DNA from: Candidatus Eiseniibacteriota bacterium
GTDB taxonomy: Bacteria > Eisenbacteria > RBG-16-71-46
Direction: 5' to 3'
Assembly: GCA_038231135.1 (NCBI GenBank)
Contig: JBBRLX010000013.1
Location: forward strand, 1 to 64,000
Length of the DNA: 64,000 nucleotides
Every line of letters begins with the position of its first letter. The first letter of the stretch is position 1. This document shows, piece after piece, positions 9,216 through 19,275 of this stretch. Made by a program: the position numbers and the translations under genes. Below the pieces are notes generated by a model. It did no database searches. It was not told the origin of the DNA and worked only from the letters and a program-made list of their open reading frames with translations.

Positions 9216-10247
9216 ATGCCCACGCAGGCTCAGGCGGACGCGTGGGCCCACGACAAGACGAACGGGCAGATCCAGTCGATGCCGGCCGCGGTCAACAACT
9301 TAACCCGGTTGCTGCTCGCGACCGCCGTCGCGATGGAGGCGCGCTGGTACGAAGCTTTCGATCTCGTGCCCGCCGCGGACCTGGGCGTCCCGTGGGCGTC
9401 GCGTGTGAATCGTGTGATGCGCCGCTACGCGGAGGACCGGGTGCGGGTCGTCGCGCACACGGAAGCCGTCGGCTTCGTGGCCGTCAGCCGCGAATCCGGC
9501 CGCGGTGGACTCGACGTGATCTCCGTGATCGCCGAGCCGGAAGTCCTACCGGCGCGCGTCATCGCGGCGGCGTACGACGTCGCGGCCAGCTTCGCGAGCC
9601 TGCCGTCGACCGCTGCCTTCGTTCCAGCATTCGACCTTCCGCTCACCGGCCACGCGTGGGTCGTGCGCGAACGGGTGCTGGAGAACTACGTAGGCGACGA
9701 CCGCATCGAGAAGTCCGAGGTTACGATTCCCGCATGGACTGCAACAACGAGGCTCGACGACCTGATCGCAGCACCGGGCACCGGCTTCCCCGAAATCGCA
9801 CGATCGATTCTACGGCAGCTCGTTCCCGCCCCAGGTGGTGACACCGCCAATGCGGCACAGTCGGCGACGGCGCGGTTCGACACCAACGGCTTCAGCGCGG
9901 CGGCGCTCACAGTCCTGGAGGTCCTCGGAGCGGCTAGACCGTCTCCGCCGCAGCGCACCATCGAGCGCACGGTCGAAGTCCGCTTTGACCATCCGTTCGC
10001 GGTTGTTGCGGCGACGAACACGGACTCATTCAGCCGCCCGGAGGGAACCCTGTTGTGTGGGCTGCCAGCGTTCGGCGCCTGGGTGACCGTCGCCGCCGCG
10101 AAACCCGGCCATTTCGCCCGCCCGTCACGGCGCCTTGGGTTTCGTATCCCTCCGCCCCCGCCGCTCGTCGCGGCGTCCCCGTCGATACGCGTACGAGTAC
10201 ACCAGGTAGACCGCGATCACGTGGATCGCCCACCAGCCGAATTGTAG
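9216..10247 (+). pseudogene. N-terminally truncated serpin-family protein
   Basis: DAWAHDKTNGQI, LLLATAVAMEARW..F, hinge GFSAAALT and FDHPFAVV. The N-terminal helices are missing and the 3' end reads through into an opposite-strand gene. Confidence 0.65.
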
Positions 10248-10274
10248 AAACTTGAGTCCGTCAGGAAGCGACAT
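10125..10274 (-). CDS. 49-aa small membrane protein (below the ORF-track cutoff)
   Basis: MSLPDGLKFLQFGWWAIHVIAVYLVYSYAYRRGRRDERRGRRDTKPKAP: one TM plus basic tail. Its ATG overlaps the 3' end of the NUDIX gene. Confidence 0.65.
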   Translation of the reverse strand: MSLPDGLKFLQFGWWAIHVIAVYLVYSYAYRRGRRDERRGRRDTKPKAP

Positions 10275-10695
10275 CGCGGGCTCCCAGCGCGGCGATGAAC
10301 GCGCGATCGGCCTCGAGCACGGTGCCGAGATCGATGCCGCGCGGCTCGATCCATCGCCAGGCGTGTACTCCGTCCCCGGCCGTGAGCGGAGCCTCGGCGA
10401 GTGTGCAGCGCAGGAACGTGATCTCGACGCTCGGACCGCCCGGGTACTCGTGCTGCTCCACGTGCAGCCGCTCGATCACCTGCGCCTCCACGCCGAGTTC
10501 CTCCCGCACCTCGCGAACCACGGCCTGCTCGGGAGTCTCGCCGGGCTCTAGCTTGCCGCCCGGGAACTCCCACATCGACCCGAGCGCGCCGCCGGGCAGG
10601 CGCTGGGTCATGAGGATTCGCGCGCCGTCCCACACCACGGCCGCCGCCACGTTCAGCCGGCGCGGAGCGTTCGCGACACCGGCGTCGCCGCTCAC
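10261..10695 (-). CDS. mutT: MutT-like NUDIX pyrophosphohydrolase
   Basis: WEFPGGKLEPGETPEQAVVREVREELG Nudix box; GTGA overlap with the upstream stop. Confidence 0.85.
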   Translation of the reverse strand: MSGDAGVANAPRRLNVAAAVVWDGARILMTQRLPGGALGSMWEFPGGKLEPGETPEQAVVREVREELGVEAQVIERLHVEQHEYPGGPSVEITFLRCTLAEAPLTAGDGVHAWRWIEPRGIDLGTVLEADRAFIAALGARDVAS

Positions 10696-11321
10696 GGCCG
10701 GGCCGTCGGCGCATCGGCGAGGAAGCGCTCGAACATCTGGAGATAGCGGCGGTCGCCGCGGTCCCGCGCCGCCACGCACTCCCGGGCGACGCGGTGGAAC
10801 AGCGCCGCGTGGTCGGCACGCACCGGCCGCAGGCGCAGCGCGCGCGGCAGCTTGAGGTAGGTGGGCGGACTGTCGATCACCAGCGGGCTGCGCGCGAGCG
10901 CCCACAGATCGCACTGTCGCTCGCCGCGCGGCACCAGGCTTCGCGCCTGCAGCAGATGCGTCATCTCGTGCGCGATCGTGAACAGCTCCGTGCGCCGCGG
11001 CCGCAGCCAGATGCCGGGCCGTTCGGGATCGAGCGAGCCCCAGCCCAGCACGCCGCGCTTCTGCGCCAGCCCCACGCGAATCGTAACGCCGGCCATCTCG
11101 GGGAAGAACCCGCGCACGAACTCGATGCGCTCGCGGATGCGCTCGAAGTGCGGCGACCGCAGCACGAGCCGGGAGAACGACCAGCGCGCCGCCGCAAGCT
11201 CGAATCCGAGGCCGAGCTGTTCCAGGCGTTCCGGCGCGCGCCGGCGCCGCACCGCGGCGGTGGCCGCACGCGGTGCACATGGAATGCGAACGATCAGCGA
11301 GCGACGGCGCCGGACCGGCAT
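10692..11321 (-). CDS. HEXXH-containing putative zinc metallopeptidase
   Basis: TIAHEMTHLLQ...GERQCD. Confidence 0.6.
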   Translation of the reverse strand: MPVRRRRSLIVRIPCAPRAATAAVRRRRAPERLEQLGLGFELAAARWSFSRLVLRSPHFERIRERIEFVRGFFPEMAGVTIRVGLAQKRGVLGWGSLDPERPGIWLRPRRTELFTIAHEMTHLLQARSLVPRGERQCDLWALARSPLVIDSPPTYLKLPRALRLRPVRADHAALFHRVARECVAARDRGDRRYLQMFERFLADAPTARP

Positions 11322-11468
11322 CCGTTGTGGATAGCACAAGCACGCGGTGGGCACAATCGACGGCCCCGCGTTTGCCGCTGCCCGCCGGCTCTGCAATGCT
11401 CGCCCGTCGATTCCCGACCCCCGGCCCACGACTCGTCCTGGATCACCCCTCGAGCTCAATCAAATCGC

Positions 11469-12200
11469 ATGGCACCCGCTCCCGAACTCTCGATCGTCGT
11501 CCCCGCCCACAACGAGCGCGACAACCTCGGCCCGCTGATCGCGGAGCTGCGTGCGGCGGTGGCCGCCACCGGGCGGACCGCCGAATACGTGCTGGTTGAC
11601 GACGCGAGCACGGATGGGTCTGCGGAGTTGCTCGCCGCCGCCGCAGAGCAGGACCCATGCGTGCGGCCGGTGTTCCTCGCCGCGCGCGTCGGGCAGAGCG
11701 GCGCGCTCGCCGCCGGCCTCACCCGGGTACGCGGCGCGATCGTCGTCACGCTCGATGCGGACCTCCAGAACGATCCCGCCGACCTGCCGCGGGTGCTGGC
11801 CGCGCTCGATGGCGCCGACGTGGTGTCGGGCATCCGCGCCGGGCGCCAGGACACATGGGTGCGGCTGGTGTCGTCCAGGATCGCGAACGGGGTGCGGCGC
11901 GCGCTGCTCGGCGACCGTATCACCGACATCGGCTGCTCGTTCAAGGCGTACCGCAGGGAGGCGCTCGACGGGCTGCCGATGTTCGTCGGCGTTCACCGCT
12001 TCCTGCCCGCGCTGTGCCAGTTCCGCGGCGCCAGGGTGGTGGAGGTGGAAGTGTCGCATCGCGCCCGCCGCCATGGCGTTTCGAAGTACGGGGTGTCGAA
12101 TCGGCTGTGGCGCGGCATCCACGACCTGATCGGCGTGAGCTGGCTCAAGGTACGGCTGATCCGCTACAGCATCCGCGGCGGGGGCACGTCGGAGCGCTGA
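11469..12200 (+). CDS. GT2 glycosyltransferase (polyprenol-phosphate sugar synthase/ArnC-like)
   Basis: SIVVPAHNE, VDDASTD, GQSGA, TLDADLQNDP, DIGCSFK, HRFLP, R..G.SKY. Confidence 0.9.
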   Translation: MAPAPELSIVVPAHNERDNLGPLIAELRAAVAATGRTAEYVLVDDASTDGSAELLAAAAEQDPCVRPVFLAARVGQSGALAAGLTRVRGAIVVTLDADLQNDPADLPRVLAALDGADVVSGIRAGRQDTWVRLVSSRIANGVRRALLGDRITDIGCSFKAYRREALDGLPMFVGVHRFLPALCQFRGARVVEVEVSHRARRHGVSKYGVSNRLWRGIHDLIGVSWLKVRLIRYSIRGGGTSER

Positions 12201-12376
12201 CTGCGCAACCGCGGCCGGTCACCCACGCCGGTCGATCTTTTCGGTTTCGTGACAGCGATGGGTCGATTCCGGGGCATTTCACATGGCGTCCGCGCCGGCG
12301 CGCTCCTATAGTCGGATCGCTGCCCCTGCGACATCGGACGGTCAACCTGTTGAGGATGGATCCTCGAGGAGTAGAC

Positions 12377-12973
12377 ATGCGTCACCTGGGCCTCATCGGC
12401 GCGCTGTGTGGCGCGCTCCTGCTTCCGCCGGCGGCTCATGCCGCCACCCCTCCAGCGAACGTGACTCCGCCCCCGCCCACGAACACCCCGCTGGCCACGC
12501 CCGCCGGTATGCTCACCGGCGTCGAGGTGATGTCCGCAACCGTGATGCAGGAGGGCCAGAGCTCGTTCTCGGGCCTCGCGATCCGCGCGCGGTTCCAGCC
12601 ACCCCAGGTGATGAAGCAGATCGAGGTGATGCCCACGCTTGAGTGGTGGCGCAACAGCAACACGATCAAGCCGTTCGGCATCTCGACCACGCGCAAGGAC
12701 GCCACACTCGGCGTCGACGCGCGCTGGAACTTCTCGACCGGCACGTTCAAGCCCTACATCGGCGCGGGCTACGGGCTGCACTTTCTATCGGAGAGCTTCA
12801 CCTCGCCGACCCTGAACGACTCGAAATCGCTGACCAAGGGCGGCCTCGCGGTGCTGGGCGGCGTGGCGTTCGCGCTGTCGGGCAAGTTCGACAACTTCCT
12901 CGACGTGAAGTACCACCACGTGACGGACTACCGCCAGCTGAAGATCAACTGGGGCATCAGCTACAACCTGTAG
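12377..12973 (+). CDS. Outer-membrane beta-barrel protein (8-stranded type)
   Basis: GAGGAG RBS; signal peptide; KPYIGAGYG; terminal strand INWGISYNL. Confidence 0.75.
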   Translation: MRHLGLIGALCGALLLPPAAHAATPPANVTPPPPTNTPLATPAGMLTGVEVMSATVMQEGQSSFSGLAIRARFQPPQVMKQIEVMPTLEWWRNSNTIKPFGISTTRKDATLGVDARWNFSTGTFKPYIGAGYGLHFLSESFTSPTLNDSKSLTKGGLAVLGGVAFALSGKFDNFLDVKYHHVTDYRQLKINWGISYNL

Positions 12974-12980
12974 AGTCCTG

Positions 12981-15395
12981 ATGGGTGCGCGGCACGGATG
13001 GGCGGACCGGTTGCGGCCGCACCGCCGCGTCCTCGCGGCCGCCGCCGTCGTGCTGCTGCTGGCCGGGCTCTTGGTGCCGTTCTCAGTCCGCGTATACGCG
13101 CTCGCCGACCGCAGGGCCGCGGGGCCGGCCTGGCGGTTTCCGTCGCGGGTGTATTCCGACGCCGTGGTGCTCACGGCCGGGCGCGTGCTGCCGCCCGCCT
13201 ATCTGCTCGCGGAGTTGGATGCGCGCGGCTACACGCGCGAGGCGGCGGTGGCGGAACCGGGCACCTACGCGGCCACCCCCGCCGGATTCGACATCCACCT
13301 GCGCGGATTCCGCGACGCCCAGGATCCCGCCGGCACGGGCGGCCCTGAGATCGTGCGGCTGGCACTCGACGACAGCACACTGCTGCGCGTCGACCGGGAC
13401 CCGGTAGCACGGGGCGCGGGCGCGGCCGCGGCCGCGCCCGACCTCGCTCACGCCCCAAGGCTCGAGCCCGCGCTGGTGTCGATCCTCGTCGGCAGCGAGG
13501 GCGTGCGCCGCAGCTACGTGACGCTCGACCGGATTCCGCGCGCGGTGCAGGACGCCGTGATCGCGGCCGAGGACCGGCGCTTCTACAGCCACCTCGGCAT
13601 CGATCCATGGTCGGACATGCGCGCGCTGGTCGCCAATCTGAGAGCGAACGGCATCCGCGAGGGCGGCAGCACGATCACACAGCAGCTCGCGCGCGGCCTG
13701 TTCCTCGGCGGCCGCCGGTCGTGGACGCGCAAGCTGGCGGAGCTGCCGCTCGCGATGGGGCTCGAGCTGCTGCTGGGCAAGCACCGCATCCTCGAGATGT
13801 ATCTCAACATGGTGTACTGGGGGCAGGCGGACGGCGGCGGCATCGGCGGCATCGCCGAGGCCAGCCGGTGGTACTTCGACGTTCCGGTCGAGGCGCTGCG
13901 CACGGATCAGGCGGCGATGCTCGCGGGGATCATTCGGGCGCCCAATACGATCGATCCGTTCGATCATCCGCAGGCCGCGCTCCGGATGCGCAACCAGGTG
14001 CTATCCGATCTCGTGGCCACCCACCGGCTCGACCCGGGCGAGGCGCGGCGGCTCGCACAGCTGCCACTGGGCCTGCACCGCGGCCCGCCGCCGATCGAGC
14101 TGCATCCGTCCTACACGGGCTACGTCCGGCAACTGCTGTCGCGGCGCTTCGGCCTCTACGCCACCGAGTCGTGGGGCCTCGAGATCTTCACCACCATGGA
14201 TCTGGCGTTCCAGATCGAGGCCGAGCGCGGGCTGCCGGCCGGGCTCGAGCGGCTCGATCCGGCGCGGCCGCGCGGCGTGCGGCTCGAAGGCGCGTTCGTG
14301 GCGCTCGAACCGGGCACCGAAGCGGTGCGCGCCGTCGTGGGCGGCCGCAATCCGGATGCCGGCGACTACAACCGCGCCACGCAGGCGCGGCGCCAGACCG
14401 GCTCGGCGATCAAGCCGATCGTGTACGCGGCGGCGTTGTCCGAGGCCCACGTCTCGTTCACGCCGGCCTCCACGGTGCCCAACGAGCTGCGCTCGTTCGG
14501 CGCCGGCCGCTACGCGTGGACGCCCCGCAACGACGACGACCACTACACGAAGACGGTGACGCTCGCGAACGCGCTGGCCCGGTCGCTGAACGTGGCCACG
14601 GCGAACCTGGTGCAGATCATCCACCCGACCACCGTGGCCTACATGGCCGAGCGGTTCGGGCTCGGGCGGCTCAAGCCGGTCATGAGCATCGGACTCGGCA
14701 CGAACGAAGTGTCGCTGCTCGAACTGACCGATGCGTTCGCGGTGTTCGACGGCGGCGGCATCCGGCACGGCGCGTCGCCGATCCGGGTGGTGATCGACAA
14801 CCGCGGCCGGACGATCCTCGATCCCGACCGGACCGCGGATCAGGTGCTGCCGCCCGAGATCGCGGCGGTCATGACCGGGCTGCTCGAGAACGTGGTGAAC
14901 TATGGCGTCGCGCGCCCGTTGCGCACCCGCTACGGCTTCGACCGTCCGGTCGCGGGCAAGACTGGGACGACGAACAACTTCCACGACGCGTGGTTCGTGG
15001 GATTCACGCCGCAGCTCGTGGCCGGCGTGTGGCTGGGGTTCGACCGGCCGCGGAGCCTGGGGCGCTATGCGGCCTACACCGCGCTGCCGGTATGGGCGTC
15101 GATCGTGGGCGGGCTGATCGGCGCGTTCCCGAAGACGCCGTTCGCGAGCGACGTCGGCCTCGAACACCGTGCCATCGATCCGTGGACCGGCATGCTGGCC
15201 GATTCCTCGAGTTGCCCGTCGATGATGGTGCCGTTCCTGCCGGGCACGGGGCCGATCATCTCGTGCGGCACGGCCCCCGGCTTCTTCCCGGACGCTTCGG
15301 ACTCGCCGTACATGCCCGATTCGGTGGGCGGAATCGTGCGGCCGCTGCCCGACGATTCAACCTACGACGCAGTGCCGGACACGACGCAGGACTGA
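12981..15395 (+). CDS. mrcB: Class A penicillin-binding protein (PBP1B-like)
   Basis: UB2H-like segment; EDRRF and GGSTITQQL; transpeptidase motifs SAIK, SLN and KTG. Confidence 0.9.
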   Translation: MGARHGWADRLRPHRRVLAAAAVVLLLAGLLVPFSVRVYALADRRAAGPAWRFPSRVYSDAVVLTAGRVLPPAYLLAELDARGYTREAAVAEPGTYAATPAGFDIHLRGFRDAQDPAGTGGPEIVRLALDDSTLLRVDRDPVARGAGAAAAAPDLAHAPRLEPALVSILVGSEGVRRSYVTLDRIPRAVQDAVIAAEDRRFYSHLGIDPWSDMRALVANLRANGIREGGSTITQQLARGLFLGGRRSWTRKLAELPLAMGLELLLGKHRILEMYLNMVYWGQADGGGIGGIAEASRWYFDVPVEALRTDQAAMLAGIIRAPNTIDPFDHPQAALRMRNQVLSDLVATHRLDPGEARRLAQLPLGLHRGPPPIELHPSYTGYVRQLLSRRFGLYATESWGLEIFTTMDLAFQIEAERGLPAGLERLDPARPRGVRLEGAFVALEPGTEAVRAVVGGRNPDAGDYNRATQARRQTGSAIKPIVYAAALSEAHVSFTPASTVPNELRSFGAGRYAWTPRNDDDHYTKTVTLANALARSLNVATANLVQIIHPTTVAYMAERFGLGRLKPVMSIGLGTNEVSLLELTDAFAVFDGGGIRHGASPIRVVIDNRGRTILDPDRTADQVLPPEIAAVMTGLLENVVNYGVARPLRTRYGFDRPVAGKTGTTNNFHDAWFVGFTPQLVAGVWLGFDRPRSLGRYAAYTALPVWASIVGGLIGAFPKTPFASDVGLEHRAIDPWTGMLADSSSCPSMMVPFLPGTGPIISCGTAPGFFPDASDSPYMPDSVGGIVRPLPDDSTYDAVPDTTQD

Positions 15396-15429
15396 ACGGG
15401 GCGCGGGCGCCGGGCCGTCGTGCGCGGCG

Positions 15430-15879
15430 TCAGAACGAAAAGCCGAGCAGCCCCGGGTCCGGCATCATCTCGGGGCTCCAGGCGTCGGCCATGAGTTCGA
15501 CGTCGCACTCCTGCGGCACCACGCTCATCGTGGCCTCCTTCACCCCGGCCAGCATCTGCGGGGCGTAGGGGCAGAACGGCGTCGTGAGCATCATCCGCAC
15601 GTGCGTGCGGCCCTCGAGAAAGTGGATCTCCCGGATCAGACCGAGGTCGATCACCGACAGGCCGATCTCGGGGTCCATAACCTCTTCGAGCGCGGCGCGC
15701 ACCGCGATCTCCTGCTGGGACGGCGCACTCGAGCGCGGATCCGTGGCGGCCGATCCCGGGGCGGCGGCGGGACTCGTGGTGTCGCCCGGGTTCGTGGCAT
15801 CACCGGCGTTCGAGGCTCCGTGCGCGTTCGTTGCGTCGGACGCCGGCACCGGCGTTCCGAATTCCTGTGGTTCGTTCAT
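15430..15879 (-). CDS. sufT: DUF59/SufT Fe-S assembly factor
   Basis: DPEIGLSVIDLGLI...LTTPFCP...WSPEMM. Confidence 0.9.
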   Translation of the reverse strand: MNEPQEFGTPVPASDATNAHGASNAGDATNPGDTTSPAAAPGSAATDPRSSAPSQQEIAVRAALEEVMDPEIGLSVIDLGLIREIHFLEGRTHVRMMLTTPFCPYAPQMLAGVKEATMSVVPQECDVELMADAWSPEMMPDPGLLGFSF

Positions 15880-16190
15880 GCCCAGCCCACCTGGATCTCG
15901 TCCCCCGTGATGCGGACGGTATAGGTTGGAACCGGCGACGTGGCGGGCAGACACAGCACCTCGCCGGTTCGGATGTCGAAGCGCGCCCCATGACGGGGGC
16001 ACTCGATGACGTTGCCTTCGATCGGACCCTCGGCGAGCGGGCCGCCGTCGTGCGTGCAGACGTCGTCGATCGCGTAGTACCCATCGTCCAGATGGAACAC
16101 CGCCACCGACTGGTCGTCGAGCCGGACGATCTTGACCCCGCCCGTGGGGATCTCGCCCACCCTGGCGACCGTGACGAAGCCGTCGCTCAT
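15876..16190 (-). CDS. Rieske-type ferredoxin
   Basis: CTH...CPRH. Confidence 0.92.
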   Translation of the reverse strand: MSDGFVTVARVGEIPTGGVKIVRLDDQSVAVFHLDDGYYAIDDVCTHDGGPLAEGPIEGNVIECPRHGARFDIRTGEVLCLPATSPVPTYTVRITGDEIQVGWA

Positions 16191-16224
16191 CCAACTCCCT
16201 TCGCGCTCGCGCGCCTGCTGCGTG

Positions 16225-16626
16225 TCATTCGTCGTCATCGGGCCAGCGATCGATGCCATAGAGTCCCGCCTTCATGGTCTTGAGCGCGAGCAGCGCACAC
16301 TTGAGCCGCACCGGACCGAGCTCGATGCCGAGCATCTCGAGCACGTCGCCGCTGCCGAGCCGCTTCGCCTCGTCCAGCTTCATGCCTTCGATGCGCTCGG
16401 TCAGCATCGAGGCCGCCGCCTGGCTGATCGAGCAGCCGTGGCCGTTGAACCGCGATTCGACGATCACGTCGTCCCGCACGCGGAACTCCATGCGCAGCCG
16501 GTCACCGCACAGCGGATTCGAATCCTCGAACGCGAAGTCCGGCTGGTCGAGCGTGCCGTGATTCCGCGGGTGCTTGTAGTGCTCGAGGATCGTCTCGCGG
16601 AACAGCTCGTCGAATTCGCCCATCAT
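16225..16626 (-). CDS. sufU: SufU/IscU-type scaffold
   Basis: ILEHYKHPRN, NPLCGD, GCSIS, RLKCA. Confidence 0.92.
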   Translation of the reverse strand: MMGEFDELFRETILEHYKHPRNHGTLDQPDFAFEDSNPLCGDRLRMEFRVRDDVIVESRFNGHGCSISQAAASMLTERIEGMKLDEAKRLGSGDVLEMLGIELGPVRLKCALLALKTMKAGLYGIDRWPDDDE

Positions 16627-17882
16627 CCGAACACCTTGCGGGCACGGTGCAGCCCGCGCACGAGCGCATCGATGTCATCGGTCGTGGTGTAGCAGTGGAA
16701 CGACGCGCGCGCCGTCGCCGGCACCCCGAACCTCACGTGCAGCGGCATCGCGCAGTGATGGCCGGCGCGCACCGCGATGCCGTCTGCGTCGAGCACCGTG
16801 GCGATGTCGTGCGGGTGCAGGTCGCCGAGCGTGAACGCGATCGCGGCGCCGCGGCGATCGGCGCCCGGGCCCAGCACGCGCAGCTCCGGCACCTCGAGCA
16901 GCCGCGGCAGCGCATAGTCGACGAGTTCTCGATCGTGGGCCCACACCGCGTCCATGCCGACGCCTTCCAGCCAGTCCACCGCCGCGCCGAGTCCCACGGC
17001 CTCGGTGATCGCCATGGTGCCGGCCTCGAACTTCCATGGGACGTCGTTCCAGGTCGAGCCTTGGAGCGTCACCTCGCGGATCATCTCGCCGCCACCGAGG
17101 AACGGCGGCATGGATTCGAGCAGCGCCCGGCGCGCCCACAGCACGCCGATGCCGGTGGGCCCCAGCATCTTGTGACCGGTGAACGCCACGAAGTCCGCGC
17201 CCAGCGCGCGCACGTCGACCGGCAGATGCGGGACGCTCTGCGACGCGTCGACGAGCGCGAGCGCGCCGGCGTCGTGGGCCATGCGCGCCAGCTCCGCCAC
17301 CGGGTTCACGGTGCCGAGCACGTTCGAGATGTGCACGACGCTCACCAGATTCACGCGGCCGCGGGCCAGCTCGGTCGCTGCGCCCTCGAGGTCGAGCTCG
17401 CCCGCGTCCGTCACCGGGATGAACCGCAGTTCCACGCCGCGCTCGGCGGCGAGGATGTGCCACGGCACCAGGTTCGCGTGGTGCTCCATCCCGGTGAGCA
17501 GGATGGCGTCGCCGGCCACGAGATTCGCGCGCGCCCACGAGTAGGCGACGAGATTGATCGACTCGGTCGCGTTGCGCGTGAACACCACCTCGGCGGGTGA
17601 CGGGGCGCCGATGAAATTCGCGACGCGGCGGCGCGCGTCCTCGTAGGCGGCGGTCGCCTGTTCGGCGATCCGGTACACGCCTCGGTGGATGTTCGCGTTG
17701 CAGGTGCGGTAGTGGCGGTCCATCGCCTCGAGCACCGCGTCCGGCTTCTGCGACGTCGCGGCGCTGTCGAGGTAGACCAGCGGGCGGTCCCGGTCACGCA
17801 GGATCGGGAACTGCTGCCGCAGCGCGTGCGCGTCGAGCGCACCGCGCACCTGTGCCGGCGCTGGATCCCGCGCGAGCGTCAC
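16623..17882 (-). CDS. sufS: Cysteine desulfurase SufS
   Basis: YLDSAATSQKP, TGHKM and RAGHHCA (class II). Confidence 0.95.
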   Translation of the reverse strand: MTLARDPAPAQVRGALDAHALRQQFPILRDRDRPLVYLDSAATSQKPDAVLEAMDRHYRTCNANIHRGVYRIAEQATAAYEDARRRVANFIGAPSPAEVVFTRNATESINLVAYSWARANLVAGDAILLTGMEHHANLVPWHILAAERGVELRFIPVTDAGELDLEGAATELARGRVNLVSVVHISNVLGTVNPVAELARMAHDAGALALVDASQSVPHLPVDVRALGADFVAFTGHKMLGPTGIGVLWARRALLESMPPFLGGGEMIREVTLQGSTWNDVPWKFEAGTMAITEAVGLGAAVDWLEGVGMDAVWAHDRELVDYALPRLLEVPELRVLGPGADRRGAAIAFTLGDLHPHDIATVLDADGIAVRAGHHCAMPLHVRFGVPATARASFHCYTTTDDIDALVRGLHRARKVFG

Positions 17883-17925
17883 GTTCGCCTCCCCGTCCGG
17901 CCGGCCGCGGGCGTCGCGCCCAGCC

Positions 17926-19275
17926 TCAACCGATCTTCCGCTCGATCTCGCGGCGCAGGGCCTCGCGCACGCGATCGAGTGGAATGCGGTCGAGCACCGG
18001 AGCGAAGAACCCCTCGACGATCAGCCGCTGCGCCTCGAGCCGCGGCAGGCCCCGCGCCATGAGGTAGTACATCTGCTCGTCGTCGACGTGCCCGATCGTC
18101 GCGCCGTGCGTGCAGCGCACGTCGTTCGCGAGGATCTCGAGGCCGGGGATGCTGTCGGCGCGAGCCTGGTCCGACAGCAGCAGGTTGCGGTTCGCCTGGT
18201 AGGCGTCGGTGCGCTGGGCGCCCTCGCTCACCTGGATCAGCCCCTGGTACACGCTGCGCGCGCGGTCCTTGAGGCAGCTCTTGATGAGCAGGTCGCTCGT
18301 CGTGTGATCGACCAGGTGCCGCTGCAGCGTATGCACGTGGAAGTGCTGGCGTGAGTCGCCGAACATGAACCCGTGCACGAATGCCTGCGCGCCCGGGCCG
18401 GCGAGATCGAAGTACGCATTCGCCTTCGCCATCCGGCTGCCGAGCACCGTCTGCACCCACTGCAGCTCGGCCCCGCGGCCGATCCGGGCGCGGTGGTTCG
18501 AGTACTCGTAGACGTTGCGGTCCCAATCCTGAAGCGTCGCGAACACCAGCCGGGAGTCGTCGCCGACGAACACCTCGGTGCCGCCCAGGTGGCTCGTGAT
18601 GCCGTTGCCGCTCTGGGACAACTGCTCGTCGATCACGGTGGCCTGGGCGTTCCTGCCCAGCACCACGACCGACCGCGTCGCCGCGATCACGCCGGGCGCG
18701 TCGAGCCACTGCACGAACCGGATCGGCAGCGCCGCCTGGACGCCGTCCGGCACGTGAACGAACACGCCGCCCGCGTGCAGCGCGGATCCGATCGCGGTCC
18801 ACCGGTCGTAGGCGCCGTCGATCAGCGAGCCGTAGTGAGCCTGCAGCAGGCTGCCATGGTGCGCGAACGCGTGCTCGAGCGAACACACCGTGACGCCCTG
18901 GCGGGCCAGCTCCTCGGGCACGCTCTCGAATACGACGTCGCGGTTGTGCTGGACGACGATCGCGGCGGCGCCGGCGTCCTCGGCCAGACGGTCGCGAACC
19001 GCCTCCGGCAGATCGCCGAGCGAGCGAGCCGGTGCGCCGGACACGAACGGTTCGAGACTGCCGATCGCCGCCTCGAGCGTGCGGAAGTCGGTGCGACGCC
19101 ACAGCTCGTCCTCGCGGCCGGGGAACGGCAGCACGACCGCCGCCGCGGCGGCGATGCGGCGCTGCTCCGCGGCCCACTCGGGCTCGCCGGCGGCGCGTGC
19201 CCGCGCGGCGGCACGTGTGAACCAGGCATCGAAATCGAGAGCCGGTGGCGGCGCCATCTGAACGGGCATCGTCAT
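17926..19275 (-). CDS. sufD: Fe-S cluster assembly protein SufD
   Basis: [25 protein letters not shown]. Confidence 0.95.
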   Translation of the reverse strand: MTMPVQMAPPPALDFDAWFTRAAARARAAGEPEWAAEQRRIAAAAAVVLPFPGREDELWRRTDFRTLEAAIGSLEPFVSGAPARSLGDLPEAVRDRLAEDAGAAAIVVQHNRDVVFESVPEELARQGVTVCSLEHAFAHHGSLLQAHYGSLIDGAYDRWTAIGSALHAGGVFVHVPDGVQAALPIRFVQWLDAPGVIAATRSVVVLGRNAQATVIDEQLSQSGNGITSHLGGTEVFVGDDSRLVFATLQDWDRNVYEYSNHRARIGRGAELQWVQTVLGSRMAKANAYFDLAGPGAQAFVHGFMFGDSRQHFHVHTLQRHLVDHTTSDLLIKSCLKDRARSVYQGLIQVSEGAQRTDAYQANRNLLLSDQARADSIPGLEILANDVRCTHGATIGHVDDEQMYYLMARGLPRLEAQRLIVEGFFAPVLDRIPLDRVREALRREIERKIG

